A DNA stretch of 64,000 bases from Syntrophorhabdales bacterium (lineage in GTDB: Bacteria; Desulfobacterota; Syntrophorhabdia; Syntrophorhabdales; WCHB1-27), in contig JBEKHB010000009.1 of the NCBI GenBank assembly GCA_050012495.1, positions 6,460-70,459 on the forward strand, given 5' to 3'. The position numbers were made by a program, and so were the translations under genes. The notes beneath the pieces are model-generated. The model ran no database searches, was not told where the DNA came from, and saw only the letters and a program-made list of their open reading frames with translations. Positions within the stretch are counted from its first letter, which is position 1, and each line of letters starts with the position of its first letter. Below are positions 46,506 to 53,724 of this stretch, piece after piece.

Positions 46506-48014
46506 ATGCAACTGACCCGTGATGTGATCGTCATTAATGAAAAAGACTCCGTTGCAGTGGCTGCCAGACAACTTGCGAAAGGGGAGGCCATAGATATCGG
46601 AGGAAGAAGCATTATCGTGAGGGACGACATCCCCGTTCCCCACAAGATTGCCCTGAAGGAGATCAAGAAAGACGAGACCGTTTACAAGTACGGCTACCCG
46701 ATCGGTCTAGCGACGCGCGACATCGGAGAAGGGGAGTGGGTGCACGTTCACAACATCAGATCGGCCCTCACTGCTTCGCTCTCCTATGAATACCATCCGG
46801 AGCATGCACCTGTCGTGACTCCGATAGTTCGGAGTGAATTGACGTTCAATGGCTACAAGCGTGACGACGGGAGCGTCGGGATTCGAAACTACGTCTATAT
46901 CATCCCCACGGTCTTCTGTGTCAACGGCCCCCTACAGAAACTGGCGGCCATCGCGAACGAAGAGATGCCGGTGTCTGCCAATTTCGACGGCTTCATCCCC
47001 TTGACCCACGAATGCGGATGCGCCGAGGATGGCCGCAATTTGTCCTATACGAGGTCGATCCTTGCCGGTATGTCGAAAAACCCCAATGCAGCGGGCGTTC
47101 TTTTTGTCGGTCTGGGGTGCGAGATCAATGACCTCGAATCCTTCAAGCCCAGCCTTGGGACGTTCGATCCGACGCGCACCAAGTTTGTCGTTTTTCAGGA
47201 CGTCGAAGACGAATTCGAGACATCGCTCATGCTGTTGCGAGATTTGCACCGCCAGGCCCTGACCTATCAAAGAGAGCCCGTTCCCATATCGAATCTTACT
47301 ATCGGCACGAACTGCGCAGGATCGGACGGCTTCTCCGGCTTGACCGCGAATCCTCTCGTGGGGGAGATTACCGATATCCTTACCAGCCAGGGAGGCACGT
47401 CGGTGATGACCGAAGTGCCTGAGATGTTCGGCGCCGAGCAGATCCTCATGGATCGGGCAATCGACGAAAAGGTATTCGGCGACGCAGTCGAGCTGATCAC
47501 CGACTTTAAAGCCTACTACAAGAAATACGGCATCGATGTGAGCAAGAACCCCACGACGGGGAACTACGCGGGCGGGCTTTCCACGCTCGAAGAAAAATCC
47601 CTGGGATGCACGGAGAAGGGAGGCAAATCAAAGGTGGCGGCCATTGTCCGCTTCGGCGGGCGAATAGCAGTCCCAGGCCTTAATCTGTTGGAAGCGCCCG
47701 GGCACGACCTGGTGAGCATTACCGGTCAGGTCGCCGCAGGCTGCACACTGATTCTCTTCACAACCGGACGGGGCACTCCGGGAGGATTTGCGGCACCGGT
47801 GCTTCGGGTGACCACCAACAGCGACATTTATAAACGCAAGCAGAAATGGAACGATTTCGATGCCGGTGTGCTCATGAGCGGAACGAGCATGGAAACGCTG
47901 ACGAAGGATCTGCTGGATCTGATACTCAAGGTCGCGAGCGGAGAGGTGCGAACCAATACCGAAGAGAACAGGTATTTCGAGATGGGTATCTGGAGGGACG
48001 GCATTACGACTTGA
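46506..48014 (+). CDS. UxaA-family (altronate/galactarate dehydratase-like) hydrolyase with N-terminal SAF domain
   Basis: SAF-like VIVINEKDSVAVAARQLAKGEAI, then motifs IPLTHECGC and GCTLILFTTGRGTP. Confidence 0.82.
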   Translation: MQLTRDVIVINEKDSVAVAARQLAKGEAIDIGGRSIIVRDDIPVPHKIALKEIKKDETVYKYGYPIGLATRDIGEGEWVHVHNIRSALTASLSYEYHPEHAPVVTPIVRSELTFNGYKRDDGSVGIRNYVYIIPTVFCVNGPLQKLAAIANEEMPVSANFDGFIPLTHECGCAEDGRNLSYTRSILAGMSKNPNAAGVLFVGLGCEINDLESFKPSLGTFDPTRTKFVVFQDVEDEFETSLMLLRDLHRQALTYQREPVPISNLTIGTNCAGSDGFSGLTANPLVGEITDILTSQGGTSVMTEVPEMFGAEQILMDRAIDEKVFGDAVELITDFKAYYKKYGIDVSKNPTTGNYAGGLSTLEEKSLGCTEKGGKSKVAAIVRFGGRIAVPGLNLLEAPGHDLVSITGQVAAGCTLILFTTGRGTPGGFAAPVLRVTTNSDIYKRKQKWNDFDAGVLMSGTSMETLTKDLLDLILKVASGEVRTNTEENRYFEMGIWRDGITT

Positions 48015-48089
48015 ATCTGGTTCTTGGCTGCTGGTTGGGTTTCGGGCAGTAGGGGTTACGTCACTTAAACTACCAAAGGAGGAGGCGTC

Positions 48090-49262
48090 ATGGAAGAGAT
48101 AAATAGGAGGGATTTCATAAAAACCACAGCGGTAATCGCGGGGGCCGCAGCTTTGAGTGGTATGCCGGGCATACTCAAGGCGCAGACAAAATCGGTTGTC
48201 GCAGTCATGAAAAGCGACATGGACCTGGGGTCGAGCTGCAACTTCGACATGTCGGTTTGGGGAGATGACACGGCAAAATCGACCCAAAAGCTGGGATTGA
48301 TGGAGCTCAACTGGAAACCAGATACCATGGCCGAGATCGAAAGAATGGTGAGAAGCGCTGTTAAGCTCACGGGCGGGCTTCCCGTAAAAGCGGGGGATAG
48401 GGTTCTTATCAAGGTCAACGTCGTACAGACGCCGCATCTTGGATTCTTTCTCTTGCCTGAATATTCAACGGGCCGGGCCATAGCAACGATCAGCGACCCC
48501 CGGGTGGCCATCGTCACGGCCAAAATAGCGAGGGAACAGGGCGCCAGGAAGGTCATAATCGCCGAGAGCAACGCCAGTAATTGCCACAGTTTTTTCCAGG
48601 AAGCAGGCTACGAGACAGGCGTTGCTGCACTGAAGGACCCGGACGTAGAGATCCTCTATCTTGACGGCACCCCTTACAAAACGATAAAGCCCCGGAAGGC
48701 ACTTGCGCTCCCCCAGTACGCGATATTCGATATCGTTGACAAGGTCGATACTCTGGTCAGCATCGCCCCTATGAAGACCCATATGTGGGCAGGAACCTCA
48801 ATGACCATGAAGAATTTTATCGGTCTTCCGGCGAATAAGGTGTACGGAAGCTACAAGTCCGGCCTTCCCCATTCGAACATCGCCGATGTCATCGTCGACA
48901 TGACGGCCATGGTCAGGGACCGGATCAAGTCACACTACGGGATCGTGACCGGAATCTATGCCGGCGAGGGCCTGGGACCTCTCGCGGTAGACGCGAAATT
49001 GTTGAATACCATCGTGGCAGGTCCCGATTATGTGGCCGTGGACGCGGTGGGAAGCACTATCATGGGGTTCGACGCCGCTGCCATCGGTCACATCAGGAAG
49101 GCCCATGAAAAAGGCCTCGGAAGCATGAAAGGCATCGAAGTGGTCGGCACACCCATCGAGAAGGTGCAGTTTGCCGCCAAGCCGATTCCGGAGGCGGCCA
49201 GGCAGAAGGGGGGGGAGAACAACAGTTGGGACAGCCTGATAGGGCGCAAGCTGCCAGCGTGA
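48090..49262 (+). CDS. DUF362 domain protein with twin-arginine (TAT) signal peptide
   Basis: TAT signal NRRDFIKTTAVIAGAAALSGMPGILKA-Q. DUF362-like motifs VLIKVNVV and MKTHMWAGTSMTMKNFIG. Confidence 0.65.
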   Translation: MEEINRRDFIKTTAVIAGAAALSGMPGILKAQTKSVVAVMKSDMDLGSSCNFDMSVWGDDTAKSTQKLGLMELNWKPDTMAEIERMVRSAVKLTGGLPVKAGDRVLIKVNVVQTPHLGFFLLPEYSTGRAIATISDPRVAIVTAKIAREQGARKVIIAESNASNCHSFFQEAGYETGVAALKDPDVEILYLDGTPYKTIKPRKALALPQYAIFDIVDKVDTLVSIAPMKTHMWAGTSMTMKNFIGLPANKVYGSYKSGLPHSNIADVIVDMTAMVRDRIKSHYGIVTGIYAGEGLGPLAVDAKLLNTIVAGPDYVAVDAVGSTIMGFDAAAIGHIRKAHEKGLGSMKGIEVVGTPIEKVQFAAKPIPEAARQKGGENNSWDSLIGRKLPA

Positions 49263-49297
49263 CAGACTCTATTAAGAATAATGGGGAGGTAAAATCT

Positions 49298-50317
49298 ATG
49301 AAGGCGAAAACAGGGGTCGGGATTTTGGTGGTTGTTTTTGCGGCAATGTTCCTGGCAGCATTTCTTGTCGGGACGGACACAAGAACGAGCAGTGCCGGAG
49401 AAGCGGCAGGCCTGTTGCCGGAGAAATGGTGGCCCTCCAAGTATGGGGCAGATGATGAGAGAGGCGCCAATAATCTCATAACTCCAGGCGTAGTCATGGG
49501 CGCCCTCAAGATACCCAAGACCGGGCAAATCTACAAGCTTACCAAACCCTATACCAATCACATGCCGCTTCCGTGGGGACGCACCTATAGCCTGACTATC
49601 CCCGGATGCCCCGCCGGAGGCCCATATGGAAAGCAGGGAATCGTATGGAATGACGAATTTCTGGTCGGGGAAATTTCGCAGGTAGGGACTCAATTTGACG
49701 GTCTGGGCCACATTGGCTTAAGAGACAGCCAGGGGGTGTACAGATGGTACAATGGTCATGCGTTCAATCAGAATTCTGCGGAAAATGCCCACGGACTCAA
49801 ACACCTCGGCCCGGAGAAACTGGTGCCCTACATAACGAGGGGCGTCCTGATCGACGTGGCAGGGTTAAGAGGCGTCAAGACGATGAAGAAGGGTGAGATA
49901 ATCACCGTCGCCGACATAGAGGCCTGCATCAAGAAGGCAGGGATCGCCCCCATCAAGAAGGGAGACGCGGTCTTATTCAATACCGGATGGATTGAACTGT
50001 GGGATGGGGATCCCAAAGTTTACAATGAAGGCTGTCCCGGCGTGGGCGTCAAGGGTCTCAAGTACCTTGTCAGTAAGGAGGTGAGCATAGTAGGAGGGGA
50101 TACCTGGCCGGCCCTCGATGCCGTCCCCGGGGAAGACGCAGACTATCCTTTTCCGGCGCACAGCTTCATGGAATGCGTCAATGGAATCGGGCAACTCCAG
50201 AACCTCGATTTGCGGGAACTTGCCAAAGATAAGGTGTATGAATTCTTGTTTGTTTTTTCGCCCATTCCTCTGGAGGGCGCAACCGGTTCACCGGTAAGCG
50301 CACTAGCTATTCGCTGA
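49298..50317 (+). CDS. Cyclase-family (kynurenine formamidase-like fold) protein with N-terminal signal/anchor
   Basis: The ATG at 49298 follows ggggagg. N-terminus MKAKTGVGILVVVFAAMFLAAFLVG. Motifs GTQFDGLGHIG, GDAVLFNTGW and VGGDTWPALD. Confidence 0.6.
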   Translation: MKAKTGVGILVVVFAAMFLAAFLVGTDTRTSSAGEAAGLLPEKWWPSKYGADDERGANNLITPGVVMGALKIPKTGQIYKLTKPYTNHMPLPWGRTYSLTIPGCPAGGPYGKQGIVWNDEFLVGEISQVGTQFDGLGHIGLRDSQGVYRWYNGHAFNQNSAENAHGLKHLGPEKLVPYITRGVLIDVAGLRGVKTMKKGEIITVADIEACIKKAGIAPIKKGDAVLFNTGWIELWDGDPKVYNEGCPGVGVKGLKYLVSKEVSIVGGDTWPALDAVPGEDADYPFPAHSFMECVNGIGQLQNLDLRELAKDKVYEFLFVFSPIPLEGATGSPVSALAIR

Positions 50318-50357
50318 TAGGGCTTAGGTTACGCGGGTTAGAAGTAGTTAGTCCTCC

Positions 50358-50403
50358 CTCTCCTCCCCTCCCCGGGCCGTCCGGCCCGGGGAGGGGAGGA
50401 GAG
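50358..50403 (+). terminator. Perfect 21-bp hairpin ctctcctcccctccccgggcc-gtcc-ggcccggggaggggaggagag (no T-run)
   Basis: Arms at 50358-50378 and 50383-50403 are exact complements. Lies between the cyclase-family gene and abfD. Confidence 0.6.
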
Positions 50404-50449
50404 ATTGCTCTTAACCAGCCGATATTAAGACGCTAAAAGGGTCGGTCCC

Positions 50450-51895
50450 ATGATGACGCCGCAGGCATACGAGGAGAGTCTGAGGGAGCTGAATCTGGTC
50501 GTCTACATGTTCGGCGAGAGGATAGAGAACGTCGTCGATCATCCCATTATCCGCCCCTCGATGAACGCCGTGGCCAAGACTTACGAATTAGCCCTCCGGC
50601 CCGAGTTCGAAGCGATCATGACCGCCCGGTCCCATCTGACGGGAAGGAAGGTCAATCGGTTCACCCATGTCCACCAAGGTATCGACGATCTGATAAACAA
50701 GAGCAAGATGGGGAGGCTGCTCGGTCGGGAGACGGGATGTTGCTTTCAGAGGTGCGTCGGCACGGACGCCCTCAACGCGCTCTCCATCGTCACCTACAAT
50801 ATAGATGAGAAACACGGCACGAACTACTATAAGCGCTTCCTGAAATACCTCCGCTACGTGCAGGAAAGGGACCTCACCTGCGACGGGGCGATGACCGACC
50901 CGAAGGGCGACAGGTCCTTGGCGCCGCACAAGCAAGCGGATCCGGATCTCTTCCTCAGAATACTGGAAGAAAGGAAAAACGGGATTGTCGTGAGGGGCGC
51001 CAAGGCCCATCAGACTGGCGCCGTCAATTCTCACGAGATCATCGCCATGCCTACCATCGCCCTGGGAAAAGAAGATCAGGATTACGCGGTGGCATTTGCT
51101 GTCCCAAGCAACGCTTCCGGTGTCCTCTTCGTCATGGGGCGGCAGTCGTGCGACACGAGAAAACTTGAAGACGGAGATATCGACACGGGCAACGTGCTCT
51201 TCGGGGGGCATGAGGCACTGATCGTCTTTGACGACGTCTTCGTGCCGTGGGAGCGCGTGTTCATGTTCAGAGAGTATGAGTTTGCGGGCCAACTGGTGGA
51301 GAGATTCGCTTCCTATCATCGCCAGAGCTACGCATGCAAGGTCGGCGTGGGAGACGTGCTCATAGGCGCTGCCCAGACGGTCGCGGAATACAACGGGATC
51401 GAGAAGACCTCACACGTGAAGGATAAGATCATCGAGATGAACCACCTGAACGAGACGCTCTACTGCGGGTGCATGGCCTGTGCGTCCGAGGGGCACAGGG
51501 AGCCGAGCGGCACATACGCGGTCGACACGCTGCTCGCCAACGTGCACAAGCAGAATGTGACGAGGTTTCCTTACGAGATCGCACGTCTTGCGCAGGACAT
51601 CGCGGGGGGGCTGCTCGTCACGATGCCGTCCGAGAAGGATTTCACCTCTCCTGAATGCGGCAAATGGGTAAACAAGTATTTCAGGGGAAGGGCTGATGTC
51701 CCGACCCTTGATCGCATGCGGATACTAAGGCTCATCGAGAATATCACGCTGGGCACGGCGGCGGTCGGGTATCTTACGGAGTCGATGCACGGGGCAGGTT
51801 CTCCCCAGGCACAGCGGATCATGATCTCCCGCTACGAGAACATGAAAGAGAAGCAAGAGGCGGCGAAGAGACTCTGCCGGATCGAAGAGGCGTGA
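50450..51895 (+). CDS. 4-hydroxybutyryl-CoA dehydratase / vinylacetyl-CoA isomerase family (AbfD-like)
   Basis: The N-terminus MMTPQAYEESLRELNLVVYMFGERIENVVDHP is family-typical, and the cluster-type CFQRC motif is present (GCCFQRCVGTDA). Confidence 0.82.
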   Translation: MMTPQAYEESLRELNLVVYMFGERIENVVDHPIIRPSMNAVAKTYELALRPEFEAIMTARSHLTGRKVNRFTHVHQGIDDLINKSKMGRLLGRETGCCFQRCVGTDALNALSIVTYNIDEKHGTNYYKRFLKYLRYVQERDLTCDGAMTDPKGDRSLAPHKQADPDLFLRILEERKNGIVVRGAKAHQTGAVNSHEIIAMPTIALGKEDQDYAVAFAVPSNASGVLFVMGRQSCDTRKLEDGDIDTGNVLFGGHEALIVFDDVFVPWERVFMFREYEFAGQLVERFASYHRQSYACKVGVGDVLIGAAQTVAEYNGIEKTSHVKDKIIEMNHLNETLYCGCMACASEGHREPSGTYAVDTLLANVHKQNVTRFPYEIARLAQDIAGGLLVTMPSEKDFTSPECGKWVNKYFRGRADVPTLDRMRILRLIENITLGTAAVGYLTESMHGAGSPQAQRIMISRYENMKEKQEAAKRLCRIEEA

Positions 51896-52068
51896 GATGT
51901 GCCGTTGTCCCCTTTTCTGAAGCGGGCTTCCATGCCGAAGCCGCCCTGTGCTGCATGAAAATGCACGACTGTTTTGACACGACCGTCCGCTTTGTCGTGA
52001 CCGGCATCGACAACGACCAGACCAAGCTCCTCACGAACGCGTTCCTCGTGGAAGAGAACCATGCATGA
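51892..52068 (+). CDS. Candidate unannotated 58-codon ORF filling the abfD-larB gap
   Basis: Below the track's 60-aa cutoff. Its GTG overlaps the abfD stop (GTGA) and its stop overlaps the larB ATG. Translation: MRCAVVPFSEAGFHAEAALCCMKMHDCFDTTVRFVVTGIDNDQTKLLTNAFLVEENHA. No good SD, and no family recognised. Confidence 0.3.
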   Translation: MRCAVVPFSEAGFHAEAALCCMKMHDCFDTTVRFVVTGIDNDQTKLLTNAFLVEENHA

Positions 52069-52801
52069 ATCTATCCTCCGACTCCTTTCCGCCGTTGCCG
52101 ACGGCACGGTCTCGGTGGGGACCGCCTTTGAAGAGCTGAAGGATTTCCCCTTTCAGGACCTGACCCACACGAAGATCGATCATCACAGACAGCTGCGCAA
52201 GGGGATCCAGGAAGTGATCTTCGGCGAAGGAAAGACCATCGAGCAGATAACCGACATCGTGCGCTCCATGCGGGAGAAAGAGATCGATGTGCTCGCCACG
52301 AGGGTCGACGAGGGGAAGGGGAAAAGACTCCTCGAGTCCTTTCCGGACGGTACCTATTTCGAGGCGGCCCGTTGTTTCCACATTCAGAAGGATACGTCCG
52401 TCAAAGGGAAAGGGACCGTCCTCATACTCTCCGCGGGCACGAGCGACATACCCGTGGCCGAAGAGGCGTTCGTGGCCTCCACCTTCTTCGGCAACACCAC
52501 GGAAAGACTTTACGATGTCGGCGTGGCAGGCATCCACCGCCTGTTCCACAACCTCGAAACCCTCAAGAAGGCGCGCGTGATCATCGTGGCCGCGGGCATG
52601 GGAGGGGCGCTCCCTTCCATCGTGGCCGGCATCGTCGGGGTGCCCGTGATCGCCATCCCCACGAGCATCGGCTACGGCGCGAGCCTGGGAGGCTTCTCCG
52701 CCCTGCTCTCCATGCTCAATTCCTGCTCTACCGTGGCTACCTTCAATATCGACAACGGCTTCGGAGCTGCCTATTTCGCCACCCTCGTCAACCGCCTATG
52801 A
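52061..52801 (+). CDS. larB: Nickel-pincer cofactor biosynthesis protein LarB (AIR-carboxylase-like)
   Basis: Motifs KIDHHRQLRKGIQEVIFGEGKT, VLILSAGTSDIPVAEEA and IIVAAGMGGALPS. Confidence 0.85.
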   Translation: MHESILRLLSAVADGTVSVGTAFEELKDFPFQDLTHTKIDHHRQLRKGIQEVIFGEGKTIEQITDIVRSMREKEIDVLATRVDEGKGKRLLESFPDGTYFEAARCFHIQKDTSVKGKGTVLILSAGTSDIPVAEEAFVASTFFGNTTERLYDVGVAGIHRLFHNLETLKKARVIIVAAGMGGALPSIVAGIVGVPVIAIPTSIGYGASLGGFSALLSMLNSCSTVATFNIDNGFGAAYFATLVNRL

Positions 52802-52938
52802 AGATTCTCTATCTCGACCCCATCCTCGGCATAAGCGGCGACATGACGATCAGCGCGCTCATCGACGCGGGATGCCCCTTTCCCGTGCTCATGGACCTGC
52901 ACGGACAGCTGCCCGAGGGTCCTGATGAGGGACCGTAA
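52798..52938 (+). pseudogene. larC: LarC (nickel insertion protein) N-terminal stub, 46 codons only
   Basis: MKILYLDPILGISGDMTISALIDAGCPFPVLMDL... is the canonical LarC start, and the ATG overlaps the larB stop (ATGA). The frame stops at 52938. Only 269 nt of non-coding DNA follow, so the remaining several hundred codons expected for a full-length LarC are absent. Confidence 0.75.
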
Positions 52939-53036
52939 ATAAGTAACCAACTCACCACGTCTGCCAAGTTCGGTGACCATACTCGTTATGGCTCACTTTA
53001 CGGATGTGCGGGGGGGGGCGCTCTTGAAATGTGATT

Positions 53037-53158
53037 CCTGAGAAGTAACTCCGTTTTGTGGATTAATGACGGCTCGCATAAGAAATTGGTGCAGTATTTA
53101 CAAGATGTTGGATACGGCATGTTGTGCCGACCTGCTTCAAAGTGAGTTGCTTCTCAGG
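53037..53158. repeat. Imperfect inverted repeat cctgagaagtaactc / gagttgcttctcagg (14/15) enclosing 92 nt
   Basis: Arms at 53037-53051 and 53144-53158. A G9 run lies at 53010-53018 just upstream. Confidence 0.8.
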
Positions 53159-53207
53159 GATCGCATTATAACTTTCCCTCCTCAGGGAGTAATTGTTGAC
53201 AAAAGTC

Positions 53208-53387
53208 CTATTTGAGGCCGAGCCGGCGCCGGATCAAGTCGCAGAGAGAGCTCTTAATTTCATTGTGTCGGGGAACTGGAGCCTTCTTTCCGTTCGCGGG
53301 ATTAGCATAAATATCGTGGCCGCTGCCATGTCTCTTAAGATAGCAGCCTGCCTCGACCAGTTCCTTCAGGAACTCGTGCCGTTTCGA
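53208..53387 (-). pseudogene. hicA: HicA-family toxin reading frame without a start codon
   Basis: My own translation of the minus strand gives (S)KRHEFLKELVEAGCYLKRHGSGHDIYANPANGKKAPVPRHNEIKSSLCDLIRRRLGLK*, with the stop at 53208-53210. There is no ATG/GTG/TTG between the upstream in-frame TGA (53433-53435) and the conserved KRHEF. Absent from the ORF track. Confidence 0.6.
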
Positions 53388-53590
53388 ACGGCAACCTCGA
53401 TCTGTTTGGTCTGACGTCCCTTTGCATTGGGTTCAACTTCGTCTTCCATCATCAGCGCATAGGCTTCCCTGATGTTGTTTTCCAGGTCGTTTAATGTTTC
53501 ACCCTGGCTAAATACGCCCGGAACTTCCTTGAGGCGCCCTACGTACCAATTGTCGTCAAGCCAGTATTCAAGGGTAAACAGCTTTGCCAT
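53366..53590 (-). CDS. hicB: HicB-family (UPF0150-like) antitoxin
   Basis: Motif MAKLFTLEYWLDDNWYVGRLKEVPGVFSQGETLNDLENNIREAYALMMED. The ATG at 53590 is 8 nt after GGAGG. The track start is a GTG at 53599. Confidence 0.7.
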   Translation of the reverse strand: MAKLFTLEYWLDDNWYVGRLKEVPGVFSQGETLNDLENNIREAYALMMEDEVEPNAKGRQTKQIEVAVRNGTSS

Positions 53591-53616
53591 GGTTTCCACC
53601 TCCTGCGCGTTTCCCT

Positions 53617-53645
53617 AGTCTACTTCTTCAAGCTCTATTGGTCAA
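53617..53645 (-). promoter_or_regulatory. Sigma70-like promoter TTGACC-N17-TAGACT (minus strand) for hicB
   Basis: Read as ggtcaa (53640-53645) and agtcta (53617-53622) on the plus strand. Confidence 0.35.
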
Positions 53646-53670
53646 CTAGGACCCTCAAGGGCAAGGCCGC

Positions 53671-53699
53671 TTGACAACGCCGACAGGAGCAGCATAAAT
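53671..53699 (+). promoter_or_regulatory. Sigma70-like promoter TTGACA-N17-ATAAAT for the DUF2703-AOR operon
   Basis: Consensus -35 hexamer, 17-nt spacer, and a 5/6 match in the -10. Lies 25 nt upstream of the ATG at 53725. Confidence 0.5.
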
Positions 53700-53724
53700 T
53701 AGGACCGACGGTGCAAGGGGCGTT

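Noticed and set aside
52372-52797. The upstream part of track ORF 52372-52938 (188 aa).
   Set aside because: It is an Arg/Gly/His-rich alternative frame of larB. Only the last 46 codons (from the ATG at 52798) carry LarC similarity.
48090-52801. A functional link between DUF362 and the Lar (nickel-pincer) system, with DUF362 as a LarA-like enzyme.
   Set aside because: I cannot support any homology between DUF362 and LarA from the sequence. The DUF362 protein is TAT-exported, whereas LarB is cytoplasmic. The idea rests on proximity alone.
52939-53724. Calling the larC/hicBA junction an insertion sequence or genomic-island boundary.
   Set aside because: I recognised no transposase, integrase, tRNA target or clear target-site duplication. 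Only a breakpoint and a TA cassette can be supported.
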